A stretch of DNA of 64,000 bases from Squalus acanthias. Lineage: Eukaryota. The notes beneath the pieces are model-generated. The model was not told the DNA's origin. It saw nothing but the letters and a program-made list of their open reading frames with translations, and ran no database searches. The DNA lies in assembly GCA_030390025.1 (NCBI GenBank), contig CM059428.1, forward strand, positions 147,188,001 through 147,252,000. Reading direction: 5' to 3'. A program made the position numbers and the translations under genes. Of the stretch, positions 37,740 through 51,480 are shown piece by piece (the stretch's first letter is position 1; each line of letters begins with the position of its first letter).

Positions 37740-38634
37740 GGGGTAAAAATTCACTTGGTTGCGCCACCCGTTAGCGCCTTAAGAGGGCGCTAATGGGGCG
37801 CAAAGCCGCTAACGCCCGGGCGCAGCGATGTTTGCGCCGCTCGAGAACTTAACTTGAGATTGTGCGGCGGCGCTAAAACTTACCGCTGCGACCACCTGCG
37901 CGCGCAGATTGTGACGTCATTCCATGGTGCAACGCCCTTGGGGTGCCCCGTAGCGGAAATTGAGTGGCGCCCCCTGCCTTACCGCCTGGCGCTTCCAACG
38001 ACCAGAAGACTGGAACGCTATCAATCGCTGTGGGGCTGGGGGGGGCGCTATTTAAAGGGGGCCTCTTCCTGTCTTTTATTGTTGGTGGCATTTTTGAACT
38101 ACGCATTCTGAGAGAGAGAGAGGGAGAGACTTCTGGAGAGATTCAACGTTGTGTGAAGGAGTTTTGGGTACTGAGCAGCACTTTGCAGGTTCATTTTGAT
38201 TTGCCATTCCTTGTATCGATTTAGCAGAGACCGTGGGAGCTGCACTCTGAGCTCTTTGCCTGGTGCTCTCCATTGTTCTTGCCAGCACATTTGATGTGCA
38301 AGTCTCTCCAGGCCGAGATTCAAGGCAGCAATGAACAGGATGTGGATGGAAAGCAAGATTAACCATCCCCTTTAAGAACTGGCCCGTGCCATTGTGTGTG
38401 TGTTCCATTGCTGACTGACATTACATGAGCTTCACCAGCGCTCCGAGTTAGCGCCTCACTGCTCGGCCTTTGCGCCTTAAGAGAGGTGTGCAGCGCCTGC
38501 TTTAGCGCTCCACTCACCTCCCGGGGCGGTAAAAGTGAAGTTTCCCGTCAGTGCCGATAATTAGCGCCAGGCGCTAATATTTGCGTCCGGACGATATTTG
38601 CGCCCCAAATGGGGCGCGACCTAATTTCTACCCC
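37740..38634. mobile_element. CpG-rich MITE with GGGGTA termini and ATA TSD (PIF/Harbinger-like, inferred)
   Basis: ata|ggggtaaaaatt ... aatttctacccc|ata; many subterminal (tta)gcgcc motifs; inserted in a CR1 (atagaatc)n tail. Confidence 0.78.
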
Positions 38635-40359
38635 ATAGAATCTTACAGCACAGAAGGAGGCCATTTGTAATGTTGTGCCTGTGCTGGCTCTTTGAAAATT
38701 AGTCCTCTTCAAGAATGTATCCAACTACCTTTTGAAAGTTCCTATGGAATCTGATTCCACCAACCTTTCAGGTAGTGCGTTCCAGATCACAACAACTCTG
38801 TGAAATCATTTCTCCTCATTTCCCCTCTAGTTCTTTTGCCAATTATTTTAAATCTATGACCTCTGGTTACAGACCAATGCTCCCTCTACTTTTTTTTTTG
38901 GGTGCACGGCCCATTCAAATTTCCACGCATGCGTGGTTTTTCCATTTAAAAGCCGGTGAGCTGCCTGCACAGGACCGCCAGACCGCTGCGCAGCCACGCG
39001 GCTTAAAGGGAACATCGTTACCAACCCACTTGCTCTATCAAAACTCCTGATAGTTTTGAATAACTCTATTAGGTCTCCTCTTAACCGTCGGTGCTCTAAG
39101 GAGAACAATCCCAGCTTCTTCAATCTCTCCACGTAACTGAAGTCCCTTACCCCTGGTATCATTCTGGTAAACCTCCTCTGTACCCTCTCCAAGGCCTTGA
39201 CATCCTTCCATAGTGTAGTTCCCAGAATTGTACACAATACTCCAGTGATTTGTAAAGGTTTAGCATGCCTTACTTGTTTTTGTATTCAATGACCCTATTT
39301 ACAAAGCCAAGTATCCCATATGTTTTCTTAACCACCTTATCAACTTGCCCTGCCACCTTCAAAGATTTGTGAATATGCACCCCACCCCCAGGTTTTTCTA
39401 CTCTTGCACCCCCCCCCCCTCAAAATAGTATCATTTAGATTATACTGCCTCTCCATGTTGCTTCTCCCAAAGTGCATCACTTCACACATCTGCATTAAAT
39501 TGCATCTGCCTGTGCCTACCCATTTCACCAGTCTGTCTATGTCCTCCTGAAGTCTGCTACTATCCTCCTCACTATTTACTACGTATCATCCGCAAACTTC
39601 AAAATTATACTCCCTATATCCAAGTCCAGGTCATTTATATAGAACAAGAAAAGCAAAGGTCCTAATACTGACCCCTAGGAGACCCCTAGGAGACCCCACT
39701 GCATAATTCTCTCCAGTCAGAAAAACATCCATTCACCACTACTCTCTGCCTCCTATCCCATAGCCAATTACGTACCCAAGTTACCACCGTCCCTTTAATA
39801 CTATGTGCTTCTGTTTTCTGAATAAGTCAGTTATGCGGTACTTTATCAAATCCAGTTTGAAAGTCCATATATACAGCTAATGCACTACCTTCATCAACCC
39901 TCTCCGTTACTTCATCAAAGAACTCAACCAGGTTAGTCAGACATGATTTGCCTTTAACCCATGCTGGCTGACCCTTATTAACCCATGCTTCAAGTGAGAA
40001 TTAATTTTGTCCTTGACAATGGTCTCTAGTAGTTTTCCCACCACTGATGTTAAACTGATTGGCCTGTCGTTGGGGGCGGGACTGAAACCCAACAACCAGC
40101 AGTCCCGTCCCCAACGCACCCCCATTGATAAAATCCAGCCCTTTGTTCCAGGAGGCAGTCACACCCCTTAGATTAAGTAGTACTTTAGAGTTCGTCAATG
40201 GTCAGGGACAGGAGGTTGTGACTAAGAGTCAGGAAGGTATGGGGACCCAGGATGTAGTGATGGAGGAGCCTCGACCCTTGTCTTTGACCAACAGGTATGA
40301 GGTACTTGCTCATGAGAACAAGGACTGCAGGGTGGATGAGCAAACTGACCATGACACTG

Positions 40360-42563
40360 GGAAATGTTTGCACTCAGAGGGACCTGGGTGCCCTTGTAAA
40401 TGAATCACAGAAGGTTAACATGCAGGTACAGCAATTAGGAAAGCAAATGGTATGTTAGCTTTTGTTACAAAGGGATTAGAGTATAAGAGTAAAGAAGTCT
40501 TACTACAATTATACAGGGCATTGGTGAGGCCACACCTGAAGTACTGTGTACAGTTCTGGTGTCCTTACCTAAGGAAAGACATACTTGCCTTAGAGGGAGT
40601 GCAGCGAAGGTTCACTAGACTGGTTCCTGGGATGAGGGGATTGCCCTATGAGGAGAGATTGAGTAGACTAGGCCTATATTCCTTAGAGTTTAGAAGAAAG
40701 GTGATCTCATTGAAGCACATAAAATTCTTAATGCTGGGAAAATGTTTCCCCTGGCTGGGGAAATCTAGAATACGGGGTCAAAGTCATAGAATAAGGGGTA
40801 AGCCATTTAGGACTGAGATGAGGAGAAATTTCTTCACTCAAAGGGTTGTGAATCTTTGGAATTCTCTACCCCAGAGAGCTGTGGATGCTCAGTTGTTGAG
40901 TATATTCAAGAGAGAGGTCGATAAATTTTTGGGAACGAGGGGGGTTGAGGGATATGGGGATGGTGCGGAAGGGTGGAGTTGAGGTGGAGGATCAGACATG
41001 GTCTTGGTTTTTTTTTTATTCGTTTATGGGATATGGGCGTTGCTTTCAAGGCCAGCATTTATTGCCCTTGGGAAGGTGGTGGTGAGCCGCCTTCTTGAAC
41101 CGCTGCAGTCCGTGTGGTGAAAGTACTCCCACAGTGCTGTTAGGGAGGGAGTTCCAGGATTTTGACCCAGCGACAATGAAGGATTGGTGATATACTTCTA
41201 AGTCAGGATGGTGTGTGACTTGGAGGGGAACTTGGAGGTGGTGGTGTTCCCATGCGCCTGCTGCCCTTGTCCTTCTAGGTGGAAGAGATCGCGGGTTTGG
41301 GAGGTGCTGCAGTGCATCTTGTAGATGGTACACACTGCAGCCACGGTACGCCAGTGGTGGAGGGAGTGAATGTTTAAGGTGGTGGATGGGGTGTCAATGA
41401 AGCAGGCTGCTTTGTCCTGGATGGTGGTGTGCTTCTTGAGTGTTGTTGGAGCTGCACTCATCCAGGTAAGTGGAGAGAATTCCATCACACTCCTTACTTG
41501 TGCCTTGTAGATGGTGGAAAGGCTTTGGGGAGTCGGGAGGTGAGACACTCGCCGTAGAATACCTAGCCTCTGACCTGCTCTTGTTGCCACAGTATTTATG
41601 TGGCTGGTCCAGTTAAGTTTCTGGTCAATGGTAACCCCCCAGGATGTTGATGGTGGGGGATTCGGCGATAATAATACCATTGAATGTCATGGGGATGTGG
41701 TTAGACTCTTACTTGTTGGAGATAGTCATTGCCAGGCACTTCTGTGGCGCGAATGTTACCTGCCACTTATCAGCCCAAGCCTGAACATCGTCCAGGTCTT
41801 GTTGCATGCAGACATGGACTGCTTCATTATCTGAGGAGTTGTGAATGGCGCTGAACACTATGCAGTCATCAGCGAACATCCCCATTTCTGACCTTATGAT
41901 GGAGGGAAGGTCATTGATGAAGCAGCTGAAGATGGTTGGGCCTAGGACACTGCCCTGAGGAACTCCTGCAGCGATGTCCTGGGGCTCTGATGATTGACCA
42001 TCGACCACCACAACCATCTTCCTTTGTGCTAGGGATGACTCCAGCCAGTGGAGTGTTTTCCCTCCCCGATTCCCATGGACTTCAGTTTTACTAGGGCTCC
42101 TTCATGCCACACTCAGTCAAATGCTGCCTTGATGTCAAGGGCAGTCACTCTCACTTCACCTCGGGAATTCAGCTCCTTTGTCCATGTTTGGACCAAGGCT
42201 GTAATGAGGTCGGGAGCTGAGTGGTCTTGGCGGAACCCAAATTGGGCATAAGTGAGCAGGTTATTGGTGAGTAAGTGCCGCTTGATAGCACTGTCGATGA
42301 CACCTTCCATCACTTTGCTGATGATTGAGAGTAGACTGATGGGGCGTTAATTGGCCAGGTTGGATTTGTCCTGCTTTTTTGTGGACAGGACATACCTGGG
42401 CAGTTTTCCACATTGTCAGATAGATGCCAGTGTTGTAGCTGTACTGGAACAGCTTGGCTCGAGGCGCGGCTAGTTCTGGAGCACAAGTCTTCAGCACGTT
42501 GAGTGGCGGGACAGGCTTGAGGGGCCAAATGGCCTACTCCAGCTCCTATTTCTTACATTCTTA
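40360..42563 (+). mobile_element. CR1 3' portion, its 3' UTR split by the LINE at 41008-42497
   Basis: ORF 40452-40982; tail ...ggccaaatggcctactccagctcctatttcttacattcttatg at 42520-42565. Confidence 0.82.
41008..42497 (-). mobile_element. 5'-truncated copy of the same LINE family (RT and 3' end), nested in a CR1 tail
   Basis: [19 protein letters not shown] and FADD motifs; poly(A) seen as T-run at 41008; CR1 3' UTR resumes at 42498. Confidence 0.88.
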
Positions 42564-44435
42564 TGCTTGGTTTGTACCCAAACTATCTCCACCTTGAAGG
42601 CCTGCCATTGCTCAATTACTGTTTTCCCAGTCAATCTTTGTTTGCAGTCCAGCTGTGCTAGATCCCTTCTCAAAATCACTGAAATTGGCACTCTTCCAGT
42701 TGGGTATTTTCAGCTTTGATTTTTCTTTGTTCCTTTCCATAATTACTTTAAACGTAATTATACCATGATCATTATTGCCCAGATGATCTCCCACTGAAGT
42801 ACACTCCCTTGTCCTACTTCATTCCCCAGAACTAGATTCAGTACTGTTTCCTTACTTGTTGGGCTAGAAACATACTGATTAAGAAAGTTCTCCTGTAAAC
42901 ATTTTAGGAATTCTTCACCCTCCTTGCTCTTTACTCTGTTTCTTTGCCAGTCTATGTTAGGGCATTTGAAGTCCCCTACTATTACTGATCTATTATTTTT
43001 ACATTTCTCTGAAATTTGCCTACATATTTGCTCTTCTGTCTCCTTCTCACTATTTGGGGGCCTATATTAAGCACCCAGCAATGTAACAGCTCCTTTTCTG
43101 TTGCTTAACTCTAATCAAATAGATTCAGTCTTTGAACCCTCTGGTATATCATCCCTCTGTAGAACTGAAATATTATCCTTGATCAATACTGCCACCACCA
43201 CCACCAGCCACCAACCCCCCCACCCCTCCATCCTGTCTTTTCCCCTTCCCTAACCCTCCTGAATACATTTCAGCCAGGAATGTTTAGTTCCCATTCCTGC
43301 CCATGTTTAAGCCAGGTCTCTGTTATAGCCACTATATCATAACCCCATGTGGCAACTAGCGCCTGTAGCCCGTCAACCTTATTTGTAACGCTCCTCAGAT
43401 TAACACACATGCATTCCAACACTATGCTCGTCGGCTTTGCTTTATTCCTCCATCTAATTCCTGCTCTTTTTACACTATCCTTTGTCCTGTTGCTGTTTGT
43501 CCCTCCTAATTTTCTCCTCTCTGCTGCTGCATTTTGCTGCCCCTCCCCATGCCAAATTAGTTTAAACCCTTCCCCACAGCACTAGTTAACCTCCCTGTGA
43601 GGACATTGATCCCAGCCATGTTCAGGTGCAACCCATCCAGCTTGTACAGGTCCTTCCTGCCTCAGAACTGGTCCCAATGCCCCAGGAATCTGAAGCCTTC
43701 CCTCCTGCACCACTCATCCAGCCACGCATTCACTTGCACTATCTTCCTGTTTCTATACTCACTAGCACGTGGGACTTGGAGTAATCCAGAGATTACCACC
43801 TATGAGGTCCTGTTCTTTAATCTTTTTCCTAGTCCCTGAAACTCTGCCTGTAGGACCTCAACCCTTTTCCTACCTATGTCATTGGTTCCAATATAGACCA
43901 TGACTTCTGGCTGTTCCGCTTCCTCTTGCAGAATGTCCTGCACCCATTCAGTAATATCCTTTAACCAGAGAGGTAACACACCATTCAGGACTCAGGTGTG
44001 CAGTAGCAGAAATGTCTGTCTATCCCCGACTATTGAATCCCCTATAACAACTGCATTTCTGCATTTTCTTGTGCCCCCGTGCAGCCGAGTTTCCCACAGT
44101 GCGCTGGATTTGTTTCTGACTGCACTCCCCCGAGGCATTATCACCCTCACTAGTATTCAACACTGAATGTGACTGCCACACTCCCAGAGAATTCCTGCAC
44201 TACCTGCTTGTTCCTCCTCGTCTGCCTGGTGATCACCCACTTCCTCTCCTCCTGAAATCTTTAACTGCGGGGTGACCACCTCCTGAAACGTGCTAGCCAC
44301 AAAACTCTCAGCTTCCCATATGCACAGTAGTGACGCCAGCTGTCACTCAAGATCAGACTCTCAGTTCGAGCAGTTGCAGTGTTTCCTGAATATGTGATTT
44401 TCCAGGACACACAAAGTGTGTGGAAGCTCAATTAG

Positions 44436-46522
44436 TGATCAAATATGACACCAAGGTTGCGAACAGACTTGGTCAGCCTTAGACAGTTGCCGGGGAGAGA
44501 GATCGAATCAGTGGAAAGGGAACGGAGTTTGTGGCGTGAACCCAAGACAATGGCTTTGGTCTTCCAGATATCTAATTGGAGGAAATTTCTACTCATCCAG
44601 TGCTGGATGCCGGACAACCAGTCTGATAGTATAGAGATGGTGGAGGGTTCAAGAGTGGTGGAGGAGAGGTAGAGCTGGGTATCATCAGCATACATGTGAA
44701 AACTCACGTTGCGTTGCCGAATGATGTTACCGAGGGGCAGCATGTAAATGAGAAACAGGAGGGGGCCAAGGATAGATCCTTGGGGAACACCAGAGGTGAC
44801 AGTGCGGGATCGGGAAGAGAAGCCATTGCAGGTGATTCTATGGTTACAGCTGGAAAGATAGGAATGAAACCAGGCGAGTGCAGTCCCATCCAGCTGGACA
44901 ACGGTGGAGGCGTTGGAGCAGAATTTTGTGGTCAACCGAGTCAAAGGCTGCAGACAGATCGAGAAGGACAAGAAGGGATACATTACCTTTGCCGCAGTCA
45001 ATTAGGATGTTATTTGTGACCTTGGTAAGAGCAGTTTCAGTACAGTGGCAGGGGCAGAAGCCTGATTGGAGGGATCCAAACAACAAGTTCTGGGAAAGAT
45101 GGGCACAGATTTGGAAGGCGACAACACATTCAAGAACTTTGGAGAGGAAAGGGGGGTTGGAGATGGGGTGATAGTTTGCAAAGACAGAGGGGTCAAAGGT
45201 AATTTTTTTTTTTTTGAGGACAGGGGTGGTGATGGCAGATTTGAAGGAAAGGTGGATAATACCTGAGGAGAAAGAACTGTCAACAATATCCACGAACATG
45301 GGAGCCAGGAAGGAAAGTTGGGTTGTCAGCAATTTAGTAGGCATAGGGTCGAGAGAGCAGGAGGTCGGTCTCAATGACAAGATGAGCTTTGAAAGGGCAA
45401 GGGGGAGATAGGAGAGAAATTAGAGAAATATGCAAATTTAGGGTTAGGGCAGGGGGAAAACAGGGAGGAAGGAAGGTCTGGTGGGCTAGGGGAAGGGAGG
45501 GAATTGAAAGCAGAAGCAGTTGAACGGATGCTGTCGATCTTTTTAACAAAGAAGCCCATGAGCTCCTCACATTTATTGTCGGGAGGTGAGGGAGGAGGAG
45601 ACAGGGGAGGGTGGTTTGAGAAGACGGTTAGTGGTGAAGAGAAGGCTGGTGTTATTTTTGCCGTCCTGGATGATCTTAGAATAGTGGGCGGTTTTAGTGA
45701 TGGAGAGCAGGACCCGGTAGTGCTTTATATGATCTAGCCAAATCTGGTGATGGATGATTAGACCAGTTGTCCGCCAAAGATGTTCAAGTCTGCATCCCTT
45801 GGACTTAAGGGAGCGGAGATGAGAGGTATACCAGAGGGAATGACTAGGGTGAGAGAGTGTAATGATTTTAGTGGGGACAATGGCATCAAAGGTGGTGGAG
45901 AGGGTGTGATTTAGAAAGTCAGTAGCTGTAGAGATGTCATGGAGAATTGTAGGCCAAAGGCTAGGTAGTTGGGAATTAGAAAGTGCAGTGGTAAGGGACT
46001 TGAGGGAGAGTTTTTTTTCCAGGGGTGGGTACAAAAAGAAGTGGGTTTAGGAGGGGGGAGGGGAATATGGGTAGAGAGTGATAAAAGAAAATGGTCGGAG
46101 ATTGCCTTATCGGTGATAGTTACGGAGGGGATAGCGAGGCCACAAGAGATGATATGATCGAGGGGGTGGCGGTGTATACAGGTGGGAGAGTTGACATGAA
46201 GGGAGAGATTAAGGGAGGAAAGGAGGGCAGTGAACTCAGAGGAGAGGGAGCAAGAAGAGTTGAGGTGGAGTTTGAAATCACCAAGGATGAGAAGTCGCTC
46301 GGTGCAGAGCCAGAGGGAGGAAAGCAGAGAAGATATCTCATTGAGAAAATTGGTGTGGTATTTGGGTGGGCGATACAGAATAAGGATTTTAAAAAGAGAC
46401 GCGAGGGGTGGAACAAGGCGAGATGCTCGAAGGAGGAGAAGCTGCCGGAGGAGTAGGGAGACAGACCAAGGTGTGATTTAGATATAAGGGCTACACCACC
46501 ACCACGGCGGTTTGTCAAGCAC
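44436..46522 (-). mobile_element. L2 LINE ORF2 (APE and RT), decayed, 3' end missing
   Basis: GGGVALI, LLDLSAAFDSVDH, GVPQGSILGP, YADDTQLY, NLGVIFD motifs. Confidence 0.9.
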
Positions 46523-47148
46523 AATTAACTGTTAATGTACCTAGTAGCAAATCTAGTTTTAATACTACAGTGCATTTAGAGAATCGTTACTCCATTCCTC
46601 TCTAGGGCAAGTTTCTCCAATACCGTCCAGATTGTAAAACCAATGGGAATATTTTTTGAGAAAAAATATCACAAATTGCAAACCCACTGATAGTAGGAAC
46701 TTAGAAAATCCCCATTTTAACCAACCCCCGCACCCCCCCCACCCCCCAAAAAAAAATCTCTCATTATTCAAGAGAATCTCCTGGTAACTCAGTCAAGGAG
46801 CAATAACGATATTCCTTGAAGTTACCTGTAAACTGAACTATCTAGCACCTTCCCAATTGAGAAGGATAGCATGGCAGAGGGCAATGTGACAAGAGCAAAA
46901 CTCTCTCCCATGTGGATTCTTTAGGCCCTGTTGTACATTACTTTCAGTATTGTGACACTATTTGTATCCCAAGTTTATCCCTTTCGTTTTCTTTTTGTCT
47001 AGTACTCTATATTGATAGATGGAAGGGTCAAGCATTAATTTGACCATGGTTTCTTCATGGTGAATTGTTTTTCAGAATAAAGGATGGAGGTGCTGATGTG
47101 CTGCACTCTACTTTGCAACCTGCAAATGAGCAAAGTATAGAGTGGGAC

Positions 47149-47338
47149 AAAACAGAAAACACTCAGCAAGTCAGGCAGCTTCTGTAAAGAAAGGAAAAAG
47201 GTTAACATTTCAAGTATCCTGAATCATTAACTTTTTTTCCTTTTCTTACAGATGTGACCTGATCTTCTGAGTGTTTCGAGCTTTTTTTGGTGTTTGTTTC
47301 AGATTTCTAGCATATGCAATATTTTGTTTTATGTTTTG
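47149..47338. mobile_element. Decayed fold-back element with a one-sided tail, probably Penelope-derived
   Basis: Imperfect palindrome aaacactcag...ctgtaaagaaaggaaaaaggttaa / ttaactttttttccttttcttacag...ctgagtgttt, followed by an unpaired tail. Flanked by the 16-bp direct repeat AAGTATAGAGTGGGAC at 47133-47148 and 47339-47354. Confidence 0.65.
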
Positions 47339-48414
47339 AAGTATAGAGTGGGACTGGTTTTGAGGGGGAAACGGTTAACTTTCTTATAAAAAGGGTATCC
47401 CCGCTTAAGCTAGGGGAAAAACGAGGCAAGATTGGTAGACTAGGAAAACACTTCCAGAATGCAATTCTCCTTTAAAGGGCAACTACAGCTTAGTTCTAAC
47501 AAATGATGCATGGTAAAAGGGATCACCTTTCATACCAATTCCTCCACATCAAAGTCCTTCTTAATTAAGAGCTTGCCATTTTCCACTTATTCTGGATAAG
47601 GGTATCAGGGAATATGGACAAAGGCAGGTAAATGGAGTTGAGGTACAGATCAGCTATGATCTAACTGAATGCGGGAACAAGCTCAAAGGGGTTGAATGGC
47701 CTACCTGTTCCTATGTTTCTAGATTCTGTACCTTGCAGCACACCATCAACAAAATAAACCAAAGGGAGCCAATATTTGGGGGGGGGGAGGGGGGGGGGGG
47801 GGGGAAAGAGACAGATCAAATTGGGAGATAAAGCAAAGCTAATAACCATGGATTAGTAACAGCAGACATGTTTTGTTTAGACCAAGACAGTTTGTAATGC
47901 CAGATAAAGTGACTATGTTTGCAATGTATCAATTTCATCACTGTGACCTTGTAACAAAGCAGCACTGTACTACTGTTAGCCAATATTTATCTACATAAAA
48001 ATAAAGCATGCAAACATTAGTTTATATCTCCCAGTATTTTACAGAAAAATGCCTTACTTAAGGTTTCCATGGGTTCTCCTGTGTACACACAGAAAATACA
48101 GACAGAGAGTAGCCCACAACAGCAACAGTCAAGATTCTGGTAGGTTTAAGCCACAGGAGCATTTGACATATTATTCTGCCACTTGTAACACACGTCCTTG
48201 GTGGGATCTCAAGAGAACAGCCCACATTGTCATCTGGTTCCCAGAAATGATAAAAGAATGATAAAGAATCAAAATAAAAATAACATTACCAATCCAATTA
48301 CTATGATAGGAGCCTTACGCAGGAAAAAAGGTTTGCAGTTACATTCTTAGTAACATGCCTCAAAATCAGTACTAAAGGGGGGGAAAAAAAAACATTTTCA
48401 TCTTTTGTTCTGAG

Positions 48415-50545
48415 AGTACAACAACTTGCATGATATAGCCGCTTTAGCATAGAAAATGTCCCAAGGCACTTTACAGGAGCGTAATCAGACAAAATTTGAC
48501 ATCGAGCCACATAAGGAGATATTTGGACAGGTGACCAAAAGCTTGATCATAAGGAGCGTCTTAAAGGAGGAGAGAGAGGTAGAGATGCAAAGAGATTTAG
48601 GGAGGGAATTCCAGAGCTTAGGACTTGGACAGCTGAAGGCACGGTTGCCAATGGCGAGGTGAAGACCAGAATTGGAGGAATGCAGAGTTCTCAGAGGGTT
48701 GTAGGGCTGGAGGGAGATACAGAGATGGGGAGGGGCAAGGCCATGGAGGGATTTGAATAAGGGGATGAGAATTTTAAATTTGAGGCATTGCTGGGCCAGG
48801 AGTGAATGTAGGTCAGCAAGCACAGGGATTATGGGTGAACAGGACTTGGTGCGAGTTATGATACAGGCAGCAGAGCTTTGCTGAACTGAAGATTACGGAG
48901 GGTGGAAGGTGGGAGGCCGGCCAGGAGAGAATTGTAATAGTCGAGTCTGGAGGTAACAAAAGCATGGATGAGGGTTTCAGCAGCAGATGGGCAAGGGCAG
49001 AGGTGGAGACAAGCAATATTACGGAGGTGGAAGTAGGCAGTCTTGGCAATGGAGAGGATATGGGTCAGAAGCTCAGCTCGGAGTCAAATAGGACACCGAG
49101 GTTGCGAACAGTCTGGTTCAGTCTCAGACAGTGGTCAGGGAGGGGGAATGGAATCAGTGGCATGGGAATGGTGTTTGTGGTAGGATCCGTAGACACTGGC
49201 TTCAGTCTTCCCCAATATTTAATTGGAGGAAATTTTAACTTATCCAATACTGGATGTCGATCAAGCAGCGTGGCGAATCAGATACAGTGGAAGGGTTGAG
49301 AAAGGTGGTGGGGAGGTAGAGCTGGGTGTGGTCAGCATACATGTGAAATGTGATGTTGTGTTTTCAGATGATGTTGCCAAGGGGCAGCATGTAGATGAGA
49401 AATAGGAGGGGCAAGGATAGATCCTTGGGGAACTCCAGAGGCAATGGTGTGGGAACGGGAAGAGAAGCCATTGCAGGAGATTCTCTGGCTATGACGGAAT
49501 AGATAAGAATGGAACTAGGCAAGGGCAGTCCCACTCAGCTGGACAACAGAGCAGAGGCATTGGAGGAGGATGATGTGGTTAACTGTGTCAACGGCTGCAG
49601 ACAGTTTGAGAAAAGACGAGGAGGGGTAGTGTATCACGATCACAATCAAAGAGGATGTAATTTGTTGGACTTTGATTAGAGTTGTTTTACTGCTACAGCA
49701 GGGGCAGAAATCTGATTGGAGAGTCAAACATGGAGTTGCAGGAAAGATGGGCATGGATTTGATAGGCTACATACAACATGTTCAAGGACTTTGAAGAGGA
49801 TATGAAGATTGGAAATGTTGCAGTAATCTGGAAGAACAGAGGGGTCAAGGGTCGGTTGTTGAGGATGGAGGTTATGGTGATGGTTTTGAAAGGGAGGGGA
49901 AACAGTACCTTAGGAAATAGAACCATTTACAATGTCAGCTAGCATGAGGACCAGGAAGGGAGGTTGAGTGGGCAGCAGTTTACTGGCAAGATGGTCAAGA
50001 GAACAGTTGTGTCTCATGGACAAAAGGGGAGATAGGAGAGAAACTAGAGATAGATGTGGGGTCAGGTCTGGGGCAAGGGGGAAATTTGGCTTGCTAGGCG
50101 AGGGGAAGGGAAGGGAGCCAGCTGAACAATGGCCTCTGTCTTAGTGACAAAGAAGTCCATGAGCTCTGCACACTTGTTTCAGGTGAGGGTGGAAGGAGGA
50201 GGGGAAGAGGGATTTGCGGAGACAGTTGGTAGTGAGTACAAGCAGACAGGGTTATCTTTGCATTCCAGGATGATCCTGGAATAGGGAGCAGTTTTGGTAG
50301 AGGAGAGCTGAGCTGGATAGCGCTTGATGTGGTCAAGCCAGATCTAGCGATAAATGGTTAAACCAGTTGTGTACCAGATACATTCAAGTCTACACCCTGA
50401 AGATGGAGGCTGCATCAGGAGGAAATGACCAGTGTGGGAGAGTAAGGATTTTACTGGGGCATCAAAGGCAGAAGTGAGGGAGAGATTGAGCAGAGCGACA
50501 GCTGCAGAAGTATTGCGATGAATGAGGGCCAAAGAATGAAGTTTG
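48415..50545 (-). mobile_element. L2 LINE 3' half, decayed
   Basis: L2 tail at 48418; VRNLGVLFDSELSF, LSAAVDTVNH, PKLWNSLP motifs. Confidence 0.85.
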
Positions 50546-51139
50546 AAAGTACAGTTGTATGTGAATAGGTATTTTATTAAGTTTCAAAGGATTGTAGCTG
50601 AATTATGCACTATGCAGCAAAATTAAGTTTAACCAGAGAATCAAACAAATTAGGAAATATTTTGTAGCTCCTCAGACATTGCACATTTAAAGAACATTTA
50701 TTTGTGGAGATACAAACATAAATGTGAAAACCCACAAATCTATAATACGAATCCAGTCCAGAGAAAAAGCAACTGCAAGCCTGTAGCAGCAAGAGACCAG
50801 GACTGAAAGTATTTTCTAAATCTGAAGCACTGGTTTGAGGGTACAGTTTTCAAAAGAATTTCCTTCTGATTACAAGCAGATACTTGTCTAGTGCAGCTCT
50901 GATAGATATACCTAAAGTATGGTGTCATAGTGCTTAGTCAGGAGACAACCATTTTCTTCTAATATGCGATTAAATCATGCTACCATTTTCAATCACACAA
51001 ACATTGGTCTAAAAGACATTAAAAAGGAACCACCACAAGATAGGCAAATCAAAATATTTCACAATTTTAAATTTGATATAGTAAATTTAAATTGTGTTAA
51101 CTCCCCAACTCATGAGCAAATACTAAATAGTTTAAGGAT

Positions 51140-51480
51140 ATTGCTGGAGTACAGTTCAACAGACCTCCAGTAGCTCACCCATTATTCCTGAGTCTTCGTG
51201 TTGAACATTGGCAAGCTATTGAACTGCAACAGGCATCACAACACAGAAGGAAGCCATTCCTGTCCTGTCCTGAGCTTGGTCCTATCCTTACTAACACTCA
51301 TACACACATGCACTTCCACCAAGGGTTACTGCAGTCCAGAGCGAGAATTCCCTGCCCGATTTTCCCCTCCCTAGCCGAGGGCACCGAGGCTAATTGTAGC
51401 ATCCCTACTGAGATCAATTAATTTCACACAAACTGGGAAATCAGTCTGTGTAGCTCGGCTACCAGTAGATAAATTTTCTG
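51140..51480 (-). mobile_element. Ancient SINE-like repeat; related fragments at ~53040-53160, ~54480-54615 and ~35130-35420
   Basis: Shared motifs ttttcccctcccta/t and ctaactcagcacagac (reverse complement gtctgtgctcagtta) recur at these sites; family not identified. Confidence 0.45.

Larger units (their letters stand above)
38635..44420 (-). mobile_element. Old CR1 LINE (3' half 38635-40070; APE and ORF1 at 42560-44420) with nested plus-strand CR1 and another LINE
   Basis: ORF fragments 38854-39237 and 42612-42794; esterase ORF1-like sequence at 43560-44050 similar to 24541-25050. Confidence 0.75.

Noticed and set aside
37854-38408. Transposase ORF inside the GGGGTA-terminal element
   Set aside because: The short ORFs show no DDE or Myb/SANT-like motif that I can recognise.
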